Of a stretch of DNA of 64,000 bases, positions 34,182 to 45,422 are shown piece by piece; the first letter of the stretch is position 1, and each line of letters starts with the position of its first letter. Under the pieces are notes generated by a model. It was not told the origin of the DNA and did not search any database. It saw only the letters and a list, made by a program, of their open reading frames with translations. Position numbers and translations under genes: made by a program. This stretch comes from Alphaproteobacteria bacterium (GTDB lineage: Bacteria; Pseudomonadota; Alphaproteobacteria; SP197): assembly GCA_964291415.2 (NCBI GenBank), contig OZ219920.1, positions 1,120,001-1,184,000 of the forward strand. Direction: 5' to 3'.

Positions 34182-35113
34182 CAGCTATTTCAGCGGTGCT
34201 GGTCAAGCAGCTGCGGGACAGGTCCGGCGCCGGCATGATGGACTGCAAGAAGGCGCTGGTGGAAACGGCCGGTGACATGGAGGCTGCCGTCGACTGGTTG
34301 CGCAGCAAAGGTCTGGCTGCAGCCGCCAAAAAGGCCGGCAGGGTAGCCGCCGAGGGTCTCGTGGCGACCGCCGTTTCAGAGGATGGTCGCCGCGGGGCTG
34401 TTGTCGAGATCAACGCTGAAACCGATTTTGTGGCCCGCAACGAGATTTTCCAGGATTTCGTGCGCCGTACGGCGACCCTCGCGCTTGACAGCCACGGTGA
34501 CATTGATTCCCTGGCCAGAATGGCGTGGCCGGGCTCGACCGGGACAGTTCAGGACCGTCTCACCGACCTGGTGGCGACCATAGGCGAGAACCTGCAGATC
34601 AGGCGCTCTCATGCGCTCGGTGTGACACATGGTACCGTGGCACACTATGTCCATACGGCTGCCAGCCCCGGCATGGGCAGGATTGCCGTGATCGTCGCCC
34701 TCGAATCCTCCGGTGATCGTGAAATCCTGCAGGATGCGGGCAGGAAGCTTGCCATGCATATTGCTGCGACCAGACCCGAGGCGGTGACGATGGAAGCCCT
34801 GGATCCAGCATTGGTCGAGCGCGAGCGCGGGGTATTGACCGATCAGGCACGCGAGTCGGGCAAGCCCGAGGCCATCGTGGAACGGATGGTCGAAGGCCGT
34901 CTGCGCAAGTTCTTCCAGGACGTCGTTCTCATGGAACAGGTCTATGTCATCGATGGCGAAAGCCGGGTGAACAAGGTCATGGAAGATCTTGCCCGTGAGC
35001 TCGACACGTCCGTGGAGGTAGCCGGTTTCGTGCGGTACGGTCTTGGTGAGGGAATCGAGAAAAAGGAAAGCGACTTCGCTGCCGAGGTCGCGGCCGCAGC
35101 CAGCGGGAGGTGA
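34178..35113 (+). CDS. tsf: Elongation factor Ts
   Basis: [28 protein letters not shown]; ATGA overlap with rpsB. Confidence 0.98.
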   Translation: MTAISAVLVKQLRDRSGAGMMDCKKALVETAGDMEAAVDWLRSKGLAAAAKKAGRVAAEGLVATAVSEDGRRGAVVEINAETDFVARNEIFQDFVRRTATLALDSHGDIDSLARMAWPGSTGTVQDRLTDLVATIGENLQIRRSHALGVTHGTVAHYVHTAASPGMGRIAVIVALESSGDREILQDAGRKLAMHIAATRPEAVTMEALDPALVERERGVLTDQARESGKPEAIVERMVEGRLRKFFQDVVLMEQVYVIDGESRVNKVMEDLARELDTSVEVAGFVRYGLGEGIEKKESDFAAEVAAAASGR

Positions 35114-35146
35114 CGGGGACCCTATCCGGTACCGGCAAACCAACAC

Positions 35147-35887
35147 ATGAAAGGCCAACCTCACTACAGACGCATCCTTGTGAAGGTGTCGGGCGAGGCG
35201 CTGATCGGTGAGGGTGAGCACGGTGTTGATCCGCGGGAGGCAGGGCGCATCGCCGATGACATCGCCGAGGCGGCCGCAACGGGGACCCGGATTGCCATTG
35301 TGATTGGCGGGGGCAACATCTTCAGGGGTGTGGCCGGTGCCGCCCGAGGCATGGAGCGGGTGTCCGCCGACCACATGGGCATGCTGGCAACGGTCATCAA
35401 CGCCCTGGCCCTTGAGCATGCACTCGCCGGCAAGGGTCTCGAGACCAGAGTGCTCTCCGCCATACCGATGCCCACAATCTGTGAGCCCTACGCGCGGACC
35501 CGCGCGGTTGCCCACCTTGACAAGGGGCGGGTGGTGATCTTTGCCGCGGGCACGGGGAGTCCCTACTTCACTACCGACACGGCTGCGGCACTGCGGGCTG
35601 TGGAGACCGGTTGTGATGCGCTCTTCAAGGCAACCAAGGTCGACGGTGTCTATTCTGCTGATCCGACTACGGACAGAAATGCGGTACGATACGACAGATT
35701 GAGCTACCACGACGTGCTGGTGCAGAACCTCCGGGTCATGGATGCAGCGGCGATTTCCCTGGCACGGGACAACAATCTTCCGTGTCTTGTCTTTTCGCTT
35801 CACGAACCAGGAGGGCTTTCGGCAGTTCTAAAGGGAGCCGGACGATACACGATCATCTCGACGCAGGAGGGAGAGGGCCATGGCTGA
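35147..35887 (+). CDS. pyrH: UMP kinase
   Basis: [30 protein letters not shown]. Confidence 0.97.
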   Translation: MKGQPHYRRILVKVSGEALIGEGEHGVDPREAGRIADDIAEAAATGTRIAIVIGGGNIFRGVAGAARGMERVSADHMGMLATVINALALEHALAGKGLETRVLSAIPMPTICEPYARTRAVAHLDKGRVVIFAAGTGSPYFTTDTAAALRAVETGCDALFKATKVDGVYSADPTTDRNAVRYDRLSYHDVLVQNLRVMDAAAISLARDNNLPCLVFSLHEPGGLSAVLKGAGRYTIISTQEGEGHG

Positions 35888-36437
35888 TGATCTGGTGAAG
35901 GATCTCAAACGCCGCATGGAAGGTGCCTTGGAGGTGTTGCGCAGGGAGTTTGCGGGTCTGCGTACCGGCCGGGCTTCGGTCAGTCTTCTCGACCCGGTCA
36001 TGGTGGAAGCGTATGGCAGCCGCATGCCCGTCAACCAGGTCGGCAGTGTGAGTGCGCCAGAGGCACGACTGCTGACAGTGCAGGTGTGGGACAGGGGTCT
36101 CGTCAACGCTGTTGAAAAGGCAATCCGCAATGCCGACCTGGGGCTCAATCCCCAGAGCGACGGCCAGACGGTGCGCGTGCCCATTCCGCAACTCGACGAG
36201 GAACGGCGCGTCGAAATCACGCGGATTGCCGGCAAGTATGCCGAACAGGCAAAGATCGCTATTCGCAATGTCAGGCGAGACGGAAACGACCAGCTCAAGC
36301 GTCAGGAACGTGACGGCGAAATTTCCCAGGACGAACTGCATCAACGGACCGGTGTCATCCAGGAACTGACCGATGCCGAGATCGACCGTGTCGACGAGCT
36401 GCTTGACATCAAGCAGACCGAAATCATGCAAGTCTGA
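35880..36437 (+). CDS. frr: Ribosome recycling factor
   Basis: [20 protein letters not shown] end. Confidence 0.97.
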   Translation: MADDLVKDLKRRMEGALEVLRREFAGLRTGRASVSLLDPVMVEAYGSRMPVNQVGSVSAPEARLLTVQVWDRGLVNAVEKAIRNADLGLNPQSDGQTVRVPIPQLDEERRVEITRIAGKYAEQAKIAIRNVRRDGNDQLKRQERDGEISQDELHQRTGVIQELTDAEIDRVDELLDIKQTEIMQV

Positions 36438-36443
36438 GTCTTG

Positions 36444-37175
36444 ATGGTCGCTGTTTGTGATCATGACAGGCGGCTGTTGCGTCATGTCGCCATTATCATG
36501 GATGGCAATGGCCGATGGGCCAGCCAGCGAAGCCTGCCGAGGGAGGAGGGACATCGCGCCGGAGCCGAGTCCGTCCGCCGCATCCTCCAGGCGGCTATCG
36601 AGCTTTCCATTCCCTACCTCACCGTTTTCGCGTTCTCTTCGGAAAACTGGCGCCGGCCTAGCCGGGAGGTCGGCCATCTCATGAATCTTGTGCGGTATCA
36701 TCTCAGCAACGAGAAGGACGAACTCGTCAGCAGGGGGATTCGAGTTGGATTCATCGGCGATCGTTCGGGCCTCGATCGCGACGTTCTGGGTCTCATGTCC
36801 GACATGGAACGCACGACGGCGGGAGGAACCGCCCTGACGGTTACGGTGGCCCTCAACTACGGCGCCCGCGACGAGATTGTCCGGGCGGCGCGGGCCCTTG
36901 CCACGGACTGTCTGGCGGGCGGTCTCGAACCCGGCATGCTCGACGAAGAGGAGTTCGCCCGTCACCTTGACACCTCGACACTGCCGGATCCGGACCTCAT
37001 CATCCGAACCGGCGGCGAACAGCGCCTGAGCAACTTTCTTGCCTGGCAGGGCGCCTATGCGGAACTGGTGTTTCTGGATGTACCATGGCCGGAGTTCAGC
37101 CGAGACGATCTTGAGGCTGCCGTCAGCGAGTTTCACCGCCGTGACCGGCGATACGGCGCTGTCACAGCCTCCTGA
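36444..37175 (+). CDS. uppS: Undecaprenyl diphosphate synthase
   Basis: HVAIIMDGNGRWA, FSSENWRRP, IRTGGEQRLSNFL. Confidence 0.96.
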   Translation: MVAVCDHDRRLLRHVAIIMDGNGRWASQRSLPREEGHRAGAESVRRILQAAIELSIPYLTVFAFSSENWRRPSREVGHLMNLVRYHLSNEKDELVSRGIRVGFIGDRSGLDRDVLGLMSDMERTTAGGTALTVTVALNYGARDEIVRAARALATDCLAGGLEPGMLDEEEFARHLDTSTLPDPDLIIRTGGEQRLSNFLAWQGAYAELVFLDVPWPEFSRDDLEAAVSEFHRRDRRYGAVTAS

Positions 37176-37191
37176 ACGGCGCCCCACGGAA

Positions 37192-37980
37192 GTGGTCCGG
37201 CGGCTGTTCTCGGCCGCCGTCCTGGCTGCCGTCGCGGTGCTCATCACCCAACTTGGTGGGATGTGGTTTGCCCTGCCGGCACTGGTTCTTGCCGGTGTGC
37301 TGCTTCACGAGTGGCACCGGCTCTCCGCCACTCCGGGATATCTCTTTTTTGCTGCTGCGATCATTGCCGCCTGGATCGCCGTTGCCTGGCAGGAGAATCT
37401 GGTTATGGCTCTCTATGCCCTCGCCGTCGGCATGGTCGGCGGCGCCTTTTATCTCCTTGTGAGGGGGCATGAGTCGAGGATGCCTTGGGCGATCTCCGGC
37501 ATGGCCTATGTCGGCATTCCCATGGTGGCGCTGGTGTGGATGCGAAATGCCGAAGGAAGCAGTCTCGTCCTGTTGTGGATGTTCCTTGTCATCTGGGCAT
37601 CGGATTCCGCCGCCTTCGTTGTCGGTCGCATCATTGGTGGGCCCCTGTTGTATCCTTCCATCAGCCCCGCCAAGACATGGGCAGGGGCCATCGGCGGCTT
37701 CATGGCATCCGTTGCCACCGGAGTTGGCACGGCGGTCATGGTTCAGCAGTCGTTGATGGCGGCGCTCGTGTTGAGTGTCGTCATATGCATTGCCGCACAG
37801 TCGGGAGATCTTGTGCAGTCGGCTCTGAAGAGACGCTGGCAGGTCAAGGACACCGGCAGCCTCATTCCGGGTCATGGCGGCCTCATGGATCGGCTAGACT
37901 CGCTCGTCTTCGCTGCGCCTGTCTTTGCCGTAGCTTGGACGATCACATCCCTGGAGGTGGACAATGCCGCCATCCCCTGA
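37192..37980 (+). CDS. cdsA: Phosphatidate cytidylyltransferase (start uncertain)
   Basis: ISPAKTWAG, KDTGSLIPGHGGLMDRLDS; GTG 37192 assumed, though a start overlapping uppS is possible. Confidence 0.92.
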   Translation: MVRRLFSAAVLAAVAVLITQLGGMWFALPALVLAGVLLHEWHRLSATPGYLFFAAAIIAAWIAVAWQENLVMALYALAVGMVGGAFYLLVRGHESRMPWAISGMAYVGIPMVALVWMRNAEGSSLVLLWMFLVIWASDSAAFVVGRIIGGPLLYPSISPAKTWAGAIGGFMASVATGVGTAVMVQQSLMAALVLSVVICIAAQSGDLVQSALKRRWQVKDTGSLIPGHGGLMDRLDSLVFAAPVFAVAWTITSLEVDNAAIP

Positions 37981-39148
37981 GCCACGCCGTGTGTCGATTC
38001 TGGGCGCCACCGGTTCAATCGGTGAATCGACACTCAACCTCATCAACGATGGCGACGACCGTTACCGCGTCGTGGCGATAACGGCCCGTTCCAAAGTCAA
38101 GGAACTCGCGGCTATCGCCCGGGCCACCGGAGCAGCCTACGCCGCCATCGCCGATGAACGTCTCTTCGGTGCGCTTCGCCGCGAGCTCGCCGATACGTCG
38201 ACCCGCGTTGGCGCGGGGTCGGCAGCCGTGGAGGAGGCGGCTCGAATGGATGCCGACTGGGTGATGGCTGCCATCGTCGGCGCCGCCGGTCTTGCGCCCA
38301 CTCTTGCTGCCGTTCGTCAGGGCAGAGTGGTGGCGCTTGCCAACAAGGAAGCCCTCGTGTGTGCCGGTAAACTGATGATCGAGGAGGCGCAGAATAGCGG
38401 ATGTGTTCTCTTGCCGGCCGATTCGGAACACAATGCCATTTTCCAGGTCTTCGATGCTGGCCGGATTGATGCCATCGAGAAGATCTGGCTGACCGCTTCA
38501 GGCGGACCATTTCGCAACGCCACACGAGCCAGAATGGCGGCCGCCACTCCGGAAGAGGCCGTACGCCATCCCAACTGGAGTATGGGGCGCAAGATATCCG
38601 TCGATTCGGCAACCATGATGAACAAGTCCCTCGAGGTCATCGAAGCAAGCCACCTGTTTCCGGTCGGCGAAGAGAGGATCGGCGTCATCGTGCATCCCGA
38701 ATCCATTGTCCACGGCCTTGTTTCCTATCGCGACGGATCTGTCCTGGCAGGCCTTGCCGCTCCCGACATGCGCACCCCGATTGCCCACACGCTGGCCTGG
38801 CCGGATCGCATCCGGGCACCGTCCAGGCGTCTCGACCTCGCAGCTTCCGCACAGCTGACCTTCGAACTGCCGGATGAAGACAGGTTTCCCGCTCTCTCTC
38901 TGGCCCGTACCGCTATACGCGCCGGGGGTTCTGCGCCGGTGACCCTCAATGCCGCCAATGAGGTTGCCGTCGCCGCCTTTCTCGACCGGCGCATTGGTTT
39001 TCTCGATATCGTCGCGGTCGTTGAAGACACCCTGGCGTGTGTCGGGACCGTCGCGACAGATGATATCGCGACCGTTATCATGGCCGATGGCGAGGCAAGG
39101 CGTCGAGCCGAGGAGGTGGTCCTGAAGAGGTCCGAACAGGCACCATGA
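37964..39148 (+). CDS. dxr: 1-deoxy-D-xylulose 5-phosphate reductoisomerase
   Basis: LGATGSIG, LANKE, PADSEH, HPNWSMGRKISVDSATMMNK. Confidence 0.98.
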   Translation: MPPSPEPRRVSILGATGSIGESTLNLINDGDDRYRVVAITARSKVKELAAIARATGAAYAAIADERLFGALRRELADTSTRVGAGSAAVEEAARMDADWVMAAIVGAAGLAPTLAAVRQGRVVALANKEALVCAGKLMIEEAQNSGCVLLPADSEHNAIFQVFDAGRIDAIEKIWLTASGGPFRNATRARMAAATPEEAVRHPNWSMGRKISVDSATMMNKSLEVIEASHLFPVGEERIGVIVHPESIVHGLVSYRDGSVLAGLAAPDMRTPIAHTLAWPDRIRAPSRRLDLAASAQLTFELPDEDRFPALSLARTAIRAGGSAPVTLNAANEVAVAAFLDRRIGFLDIVAVVEDTLACVGTVATDDIATVIMADGEARRRAEEVVLKRSEQAP

Positions 39149-40263
39149 TGGATATCGTCAACAGCATCTGGCCCTTTCTCGTGGTGATTACGGTCATCGT
39201 GTTCTTTCACGAACTGGGCCACTATTGGGTTGCCCGCAGGAACGGGGTTCGTGTCGAAGTGTTCTCCATCGGATTCGGGACGGAGATCGCCGGCTGGACG
39301 GACCGGGCGGGAACGCGCTGGAGACTGTCGCTGGTGCCGTTGGGCGGCTACGTCAAGATGTTCGGTCACGCTGCGCCCGAGAGCGAAAGCGAACAGCTTT
39401 CCCAGGAAGAGCACGCAGTTTCATTCCATTCGAAGTCGGTGGGACAACGATTCGCCATCGTGCTCGCAGGGCCGCTGGCCAACTTCATCCTGTCAATCGT
39501 TCTTTTTGCCGGACTGTTCTTCGTGGTTGGGCAGAACCAGACACTTCCCCGGGCCGGCGAGATCATCGAGGGAGGTGCTGCAGAAAGAGGAGGCATGGAG
39601 GCAGGCGACCTGATAACCGCGATCGACGGCACATCGATCGAGGCCTTCCAGGATCTCCAGTTCATTGTTTCCACGAACCCGGGTGTCCCGCTCGTGTTCA
39701 ATGTGCTGCGCGACGGTGAAGCCGTGGACCTTGTCATTGCGCCTGACATCGTCATGGAGGACGACGGATTCGGCAACCAGCGCGAAACGGGACGGCTGGG
39801 CATCATGCTGACGGCCGCCAACATCGTTGTCGAACGTCTCGGACCTGTCGAGGCGCTGTGGGAAGGCGCCCGCGAGACCTGGAGGTGGTGCCTTCGCATC
39901 TTCGATTTCCTTGGCAAGATCTTTGAAGGCTCGCAGAGCAGTCGCGACCTCGCGGGGCCCCTCGGCATCGCTCATGTGTCAGCCGGATTCGCCGAGTTGG
40001 GCCTGGCCAGCCTCGTCCTCTTCATGGCCATCCTGTCCGTCAATCTCGGCCTCATCAACCTCTTCCCTATTCCGCTTCTCGACGGCGGCCACCTCATGTT
40101 CTATACCTTTGAATTCCTGTTCGGGAGGCCCTTGGGAGCACGTGCCCAGGAAATGTGCCAACTTGTCGGTATCGGGCTCGTGGGGGCGTTGTTCCTGTTC
40201 GTGACGTTCAACGACCTGCTCAGACTGGGGTTGTTCGACATGTTTCGCGGACTGGCTTCGTGA
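39145..40263 (+). CDS. rseP: RIP metalloprotease RseP
   Basis: HELGH, PLGGYVKM, PDZ region, NLFPIPLLDGG. Confidence 0.95.
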   Translation: MMDIVNSIWPFLVVITVIVFFHELGHYWVARRNGVRVEVFSIGFGTEIAGWTDRAGTRWRLSLVPLGGYVKMFGHAAPESESEQLSQEEHAVSFHSKSVGQRFAIVLAGPLANFILSIVLFAGLFFVVGQNQTLPRAGEIIEGGAAERGGMEAGDLITAIDGTSIEAFQDLQFIVSTNPGVPLVFNVLRDGEAVDLVIAPDIVMEDDGFGNQRETGRLGIMLTAANIVVERLGPVEALWEGARETWRWCLRIFDFLGKIFEGSQSSRDLAGPLGIAHVSAGFAELGLASLVLFMAILSVNLGLINLFPIPLLDGGHLMFYTFEFLFGRPLGARAQEMCQLVGIGLVGALFLFVTFNDLLRLGLFDMFRGLAS

Positions 40264-40282
40264 ACCGGGGAGGAATGGACCG

Positions 40283-42550
40283 ATGGCATCGCTCAGGCGT
40301 TTGATTGCGACCATTCCTTTGATTCTGGGGATCCTCGCCCAGGATCTCCATGCCCAGGAGATCATCACGGAGATTGTCGTTTCCGGAAACCAGCGGATCG
40401 AACCGGCGACTGTCGCCAGCTACATGAGCATCCGTGTGGGTGACGCGTACGACCTCGACAAGGTTGACGACTCTGTCAAGAATCTCTTCGACACGGGTTT
40501 CTTCGCCGACATTTCCATCCGCCGGGACGGTTCCAGGCTGATCGTCGAAGTGGTCGAGAATCCGATCATCAACCGGATTGCCTTTGAGGGGAATCTCAGA
40601 CTTGATACGGAGGATCTCGAGGCGGAGATCCAGCTGAGACCACGCACGGTTTTCACCTTGACCAAGGTACAGGCGGATGTTGCCCGGATCACCGAGATCT
40701 ATCGTCGTGTCGGGCGCTTCAATGCCGTTGTCGAGCCCAAGGTCATCCAGCAGGACCAGAACCGTGTGGACCTCATTTTCGAGATATCCGAGGGTGAGCA
40801 GACGATCATTCGCCAGATCGTCTTCATCGGCAACGAAGCCTTCTCGGACGGCACGTTACGCGACGTCATTCTCACGGTCGAGAGTGCCTGGTATCGCTTT
40901 CTCACGGTTGACGACACCTATGATCCGGACCGTCTGGCTTTCGATCAGGAACTTCTGCGACGCCACTACCTCTCGGAGGGCTATGCCGACTTCAGGGTGG
41001 TGTCGGCCACTGCCGAACTGGCTCCCAACCGCGAGGAGTTCTTCGTGACGTTCACTCTCGATGAAGGGCCTCGATATGAAGTCAGCGAGGTGTCAGTCAT
41101 CAGCGAAATGCCGGCGGTTGATCCTGCCCTTGTCGAGGATTTTGTCGATGTCGAATCCGGCGACTGGTATGACGCCAGTGCCATCGACGACGACGTGGTC
41201 GAGATGACGCTTGAACTGGGCCGCACGGGACAACCGTTCGTCGATGTCCGGCCTCATATCGAGCGGGACATGGACAACGCGGTCATCGAAATCACGTATG
41301 TCATTGCCCAGGGTCCCGAACTCTACGTAGAGCGCATCGACATAGTCGGCAACGTTCGTACCACCGACGAAGTGATTCGGCGGGAATTCGAATTTGCTGA
41401 AGGCGACGCTTACAACGCCGCTCTGGTGCAGCGGACGGAACGCAACATCCGGGCCCTCGATTTCTTTGCCAGCGTGCTCATCGAGAACCGCCAGGGTAGC
41501 CGCGCGGACACAACCATCATCGAGGTGACGGTGGAGGAGAAGGCTACCGGCGAACTGTCATTCGGCGTCGGATTCTCATCAGTTGACGATGCGCTTATCG
41601 GTGTCTCCGTGGGCGAACGGAACCTGCTCGGTACCGCACAGCACTTACGGCTTGACCTGTCCGCATCCGGCAGCAGGCAAACCGTCGATTTCAGCTTCAC
41701 CGAACCCTACTTCCTTGACCGCGAACTGAGTGCAGGATTTGACATATTTCGAGTCCGGCGAGATCTGGCGTCCCAATCATCCTTCTTCCGGGAAGATATC
41801 GGTGGTGTGCTGCGTTTCGGTTATCCCCTGACCGAGCATCTTGCACAGACAGTCTCCTATTCATTCAGAACCTCGCAGGTCGAGCGGGTTCCGGAGAACG
41901 CCTCGCACCTGATCAGGGCGGAAGAGGGCAGGTCGACGGTGTCACTTATCGGCGAGCGTCTCGACTACGATCTGCGAAACGACGTGCTGCGCCCGACGTC
42001 GGGCTATCTCATCTATCAGGGCACCGATCTGGCCGGGTTGGGTGGTGACACGGCCTTCGCCCGCAACACCGGAGGATTCAGTTACTTCTATCCGATGGAC
42101 GTTGACTGGACGCTCAACGTGCGGGCTGATGGTGGCGCCATCACAAGCCTTCTTGGCAGGGACATCCGTCTGACCGACCGCTTCTTTCTTGGCGGATCGA
42201 ATTTCAGGGGTTTCAAGCCATCGGGTATCGGTCCGGTGGACACCAGCACGTCGGACGCACTCGGCGGCAACATTTACTGGACCGTAACGGGCGAAATGGA
42301 GTTTCCCATTGGCCTGCCGCGGGAACTCGGTGTCCTGGGGCGCACGTTCACCGACTGGGGAAGTCTCTTCGACATCGACGAGACCAGTCCCTCACTGGCC
42401 GATGACGCCTCGCCTCGCGCCTCCGCTGGCATAGGCTTGTCATACTATTCCCCCCTGGGTCCCATGCAGTTCGACTGGGCCCGGGCCTTTCTCAAGGAAG
42501 ACTACGACAAGACGGAACTCTTCCGCTTCTCCATCGGACTGGCGTTCTGA
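40283..42550 (+). CDS. bamA: Outer membrane protein assembly factor BamA
   Basis: POTRA repeats (GNQRI, GNVRT), FRGF motif, SPLGP, C-terminal F. Confidence 0.96.
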   Translation: MASLRRLIATIPLILGILAQDLHAQEIITEIVVSGNQRIEPATVASYMSIRVGDAYDLDKVDDSVKNLFDTGFFADISIRRDGSRLIVEVVENPIINRIAFEGNLRLDTEDLEAEIQLRPRTVFTLTKVQADVARITEIYRRVGRFNAVVEPKVIQQDQNRVDLIFEISEGEQTIIRQIVFIGNEAFSDGTLRDVILTVESAWYRFLTVDDTYDPDRLAFDQELLRRHYLSEGYADFRVVSATAELAPNREEFFVTFTLDEGPRYEVSEVSVISEMPAVDPALVEDFVDVESGDWYDASAIDDDVVEMTLELGRTGQPFVDVRPHIERDMDNAVIEITYVIAQGPELYVERIDIVGNVRTTDEVIRREFEFAEGDAYNAALVQRTERNIRALDFFASVLIENRQGSRADTTIIEVTVEEKATGELSFGVGFSSVDDALIGVSVGERNLLGTAQHLRLDLSASGSRQTVDFSFTEPYFLDRELSAGFDIFRVRRDLASQSSFFREDIGGVLRFGYPLTEHLAQTVSYSFRTSQVERVPENASHLIRAEEGRSTVSLIGERLDYDLRNDVLRPTSGYLIYQGTDLAGLGGDTAFARNTGGFSYFYPMDVDWTLNVRADGGAITSLLGRDIRLTDRFFLGGSNFRGFKPSGIGPVDTSTSDALGGNIYWTVTGEMEFPIGLPRELGVLGRTFTDWGSLFDIDETSPSLADDASPRASAGIGLSYYSPLGPMQFDWARAFLKEDYDKTELFRFSIGLAF

Positions 42551-43104
42551 TGATCATTCCAGGGCATCTCCGTCGTCTCTTCATCCTCTTGTGCATGGTG
42601 TCTCCGGCGGCACCGGCTGCCGCCGACAACGGCACCACCATTGCCATCATCGATCTTGAGCGGGTTCGCCAGGAGTCGAGTGCCGGCAAGTCGATCGAAA
42701 GCCAGATATTCCACTATCGCCAGGAGCTGGCCGAAGAGGTGAACGCCGTAGAGGGGGAAATCCGTGAGCGCCTGCGTTCACTGAAGGAACAGGAGACGCT
42801 TCTGTCCCAGGAAGGCTACGACAAGTTGCGCCAGGAGATCGAGGAGGACTCCGCCAGCTATCAGACCAGGTTCCAGAACCGGCGGCGCAATCTTGATGCC
42901 GCCTATCTCAAGGCGATGGAGCAGTTGCATTCCGGCATTCTGGAAGTTCTTGGAAGGCTGATCTTCGAGCGTCACATCGATTTGGTGCTGGACCGCCGCC
43001 AGTATCTGGTTGCCGACAGCAGCTTCGATATCTCGGAGGATGTGCTGCGGGAGCTGGACGCGATCCTTTCAGAAGTTCCAGTCGTTCCGGCGCCGGATGG
43101 CTGA
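42550..43104 (+). CDS. skp: OmpH/Skp periplasmic chaperone
   Basis: Signal peptide, IAIIDL, coiled coil, DISEDVL; lies between bamA and lpxD. Confidence 0.85.
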   Translation: MIIPGHLRRLFILLCMVSPAAPAAADNGTTIAIIDLERVRQESSAGKSIESQIFHYRQELAEEVNAVEGEIRERLRSLKEQETLLSQEGYDKLRQEIEEDSASYQTRFQNRRRNLDAAYLKAMEQLHSGILEVLGRLIFERHIDLVLDRRQYLVADSSFDISEDVLRELDAILSEVPVVPAPDG

Positions 43105-44140
43105 CGTGCACGTGGCGGATACGCGTTTCTTCAGACGTCAGGGACCCTTTGAACTCGCCGCAGTACTGGAGGCGACCGGCGCCCGCGTTGCTGGCCACCA
43201 CGACACGTCGCGGCTGTTTCACGATATCGCCGGTCTGGCGGATGCCGGGAGCGCCGATCTCACCTTTCTCGACAACGTGAAGTATGTCACGGCCTTCACC
43301 GCAAGCCGCGCCGGAGGTTGCTTTGTCCGGGAGCAATTCAGCGACCGGGCACCCAAGGGCGTGATCGCGTTGATCAGCGACAATCCCTATCTTGCCTTCG
43401 CCCGGGCCGCCCGGATGTTCTACCCGGACCCCGCTGTCGAGCCGGGCATTTCCGCTCAGGCTTTCATCGAAAGCGGCGCCAGGATCGGCGAGGGCTCCAG
43501 AATTGACGCTTTCGCCGTGATCAGGAGCGGTGCCGAAATCGGCGCCAGGTGCAGCATTGGAGCGGGGAGTGTGGTGGAGCGTCATGTCAGGATTGGCGAC
43601 GACTGCCAGATCGGCCCCGGAGCTGTCCTCATGTTCTGCGTCATCGGCAGTCGCGTGAGGATCGAAGCCGGTGCCAAGGTGGGCACGGAAGGATTTGGAT
43701 TCGCGGCCTCACCGGACGGAGCAGTCCGTCTTCCCCATGTCGGGCGTGTTGTGATCGGCGATGATGTCGGAATTGGCGCCAACACCACGATCGATCGCGG
43801 TTCCCTCGACGATACCGTGATCGGTGACGGCGCCATGATTGATAACCAGGTTCAGATCGCCCATAACGCCAAAGTCGGGCGCCATGCCATCCTTGCAGGA
43901 CAGGTTGGACTGGCGGGCAGTGCCGTTGTCGGTGACTTTGCCATGCTTGGCGGTCAGTCCGGAGTGGCCAATCATGTCCGGGTCGGGACGGGAGCCCGGA
44001 TCGGCGGCAACAGTTCGGCAGCGAGTGACCTCGAAGGGGGTGGAACCTATCTGGGAGCACCGGCCATTCCGCAACGGGAATTCTGGCGCCTGCAGGTCGT
44101 GCTCCGGCGTCTGGCGAGACACAAGAACAAGACACCATGA
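43097..44140 (+). CDS. lpxD: UDP-3-O-acylglucosamine N-acyltransferase
   Basis: Hexapeptide repeats, [23 protein letters not shown]. Confidence 0.96.
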   Translation: MADVHVADTRFFRRQGPFELAAVLEATGARVAGHHDTSRLFHDIAGLADAGSADLTFLDNVKYVTAFTASRAGGCFVREQFSDRAPKGVIALISDNPYLAFARAARMFYPDPAVEPGISAQAFIESGARIGEGSRIDAFAVIRSGAEIGARCSIGAGSVVERHVRIGDDCQIGPGAVLMFCVIGSRVRIEAGAKVGTEGFGFAASPDGAVRLPHVGRVVIGDDVGIGANTTIDRGSLDDTVIGDGAMIDNQVQIAHNAKVGRHAILAGQVGLAGSAVVGDFAMLGGQSGVANHVRVGTGARIGGNSSAASDLEGGGTYLGAPAIPQREFWRLQVVLRRLARHKNKTP

Positions 44141-44613
44141 ACAGTAACGAGCGAAGCACGCAACAATCGGGTGGTAATGTGGTCGACATCGAGCGCGTCA
44201 TGCAGCTCATTCCCCATCGCTATCCTTTCCTCATGATCGACCGCGTTGTGGACGTCGTGCGCAACGAGAGTGCCATTGGCATCAAGAATGTCTCGATCAA
44301 TGAACCGCAGTTCCAGGGGCACTTCGGCCGTCATCCGGTGATGCCGGGCGTCTACATCATTGAATCCATGGCTCAGTCAGCTGCCGTCCTGGTTGTCGAA
44401 ACGCTGGGCAAGGAGTTCGAGGGCAAGCTTGTGTACTTCATGGGAGTCGACAAGGCGCGTTTCCGTAGGCCTGTCACGCCAGGCGACGTCATGGAGGTTC
44501 ACGTTCGCAAGGTGCAGCGCCGTGGCATGGTATGGAAGTTCAGTTCCGAGGTCAGGGTCGATGGCTCGATCGTGGCTGACGCCAGATTTTCGGCGATGAT
44601 TCTCGATCACTGA
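44137..44613 (+). CDS. fabZ: 3-hydroxyacyl-ACP dehydratase
   Basis: [27 protein letters not shown]. Confidence 0.97.
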   Translation: MNSNERSTQQSGGNVVDIERVMQLIPHRYPFLMIDRVVDVVRNESAIGIKNVSINEPQFQGHFGRHPVMPGVYIIESMAQSAAVLVVETLGKEFEGKLVYFMGVDKARFRRPVTPGDVMEVHVRKVQRRGMVWKFSSEVRVDGSIVADARFSAMILDH

Positions 44614-44621
44614 CCCACATC

Positions 44622-45422
44622 ATGGCGATCATCCATCCGACTGCCATTGTCGATCCCGGTTCGCAACTCGCCGACGACGTGATCATTGGTCCCTACAGTG
44701 TCGTGGGTGCCGACGTCACGCTGGGACCAGGCGTCGAGCTGATGTCCCATGTCGTGATCGGCGGTCACACGACAATCGGCCGTCAAACCAAGGTCTTTCC
44801 CTTCGCTTCCCTGGGCCTGATTCCCCAAGACCTGAAGTACCGTTCCGAACCCTCCAGGCTGGTGATTGGCGAGGGCAACACAATTCGTGAGCACGTCACC
44901 ATGAGTCCAGGCACCTCGGGGGGCGGCATGGTCACGGAGATCGGCAACCATTGCCTCTTCATGGTCGGAGTTCACGTCGCCCACGATTGCCGGATTGCCG
45001 ACAGGGTCATCATGGTCAACAACGCCACACTTGGTGGTCATGTCACGGTGGACGAGCATGCCATCCTCGGCGGCCTGTCGGCGGTGCACCAGTTCGTGCG
45101 CATTGGCCGCTATGCCATGGTCGGTGGAATGTCCGGAGTCGAACAGGACGTGATTCCGTTCGGAACCGTAACCGGTGATCGGGCGAGCCTGCGTGGCCTC
45201 AACCTTGTTGGCCTCGATCGTCATGGTTTTGACAAGGATGATATCAACAAGCTGCGACGGGCTTACCGGCTGCTGTTCGCCGACGAGGGCACACTCTGGG
45301 AACGCATGACGGACGTGGAGGATGAGTTTGAGGGCTGTCAGCCCATTGACCTGGTTCTGCGTTTCATGCGCACCAAGAGTTCCCGGGGTCTCTGCCAGCC
45401 CCGTGATGGATATGCCTCCTAA
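44622..45422 (+). CDS. lpxA: UDP-N-acetylglucosamine acyltransferase
   Basis: IHPTAIV, PQDLKY, HVAHDC, VHQFVRIG. Confidence 0.97.
   Translation: MAIIHPTAIVDPGSQLADDVIIGPYSVVGADVTLGPGVELMSHVVIGGHTTIGRQTKVFPFASLGLIPQDLKYRSEPSRLVIGEGNTIREHVTMSPGTSGGGMVTEIGNHCLFMVGVHVAHDCRIADRVIMVNNATLGGHVTVDEHAILGGLSAVHQFVRIGRYAMVGGMSGVEQDVIPFGTVTGDRASLRGLNLVGLDRHGFDKDDINKLRRAYRLLFADEGTLWERMTDVEDEFEGCQPIDLVLRFMRTKSSRGLCQPRDGYAS

Noticed and set aside
32763-34503. Antisense ORFs with repeated peptides (32763-33998 and 33646-34503)
   Set aside because: They mirror the 126-bp rpsB repeat on the opposite strand
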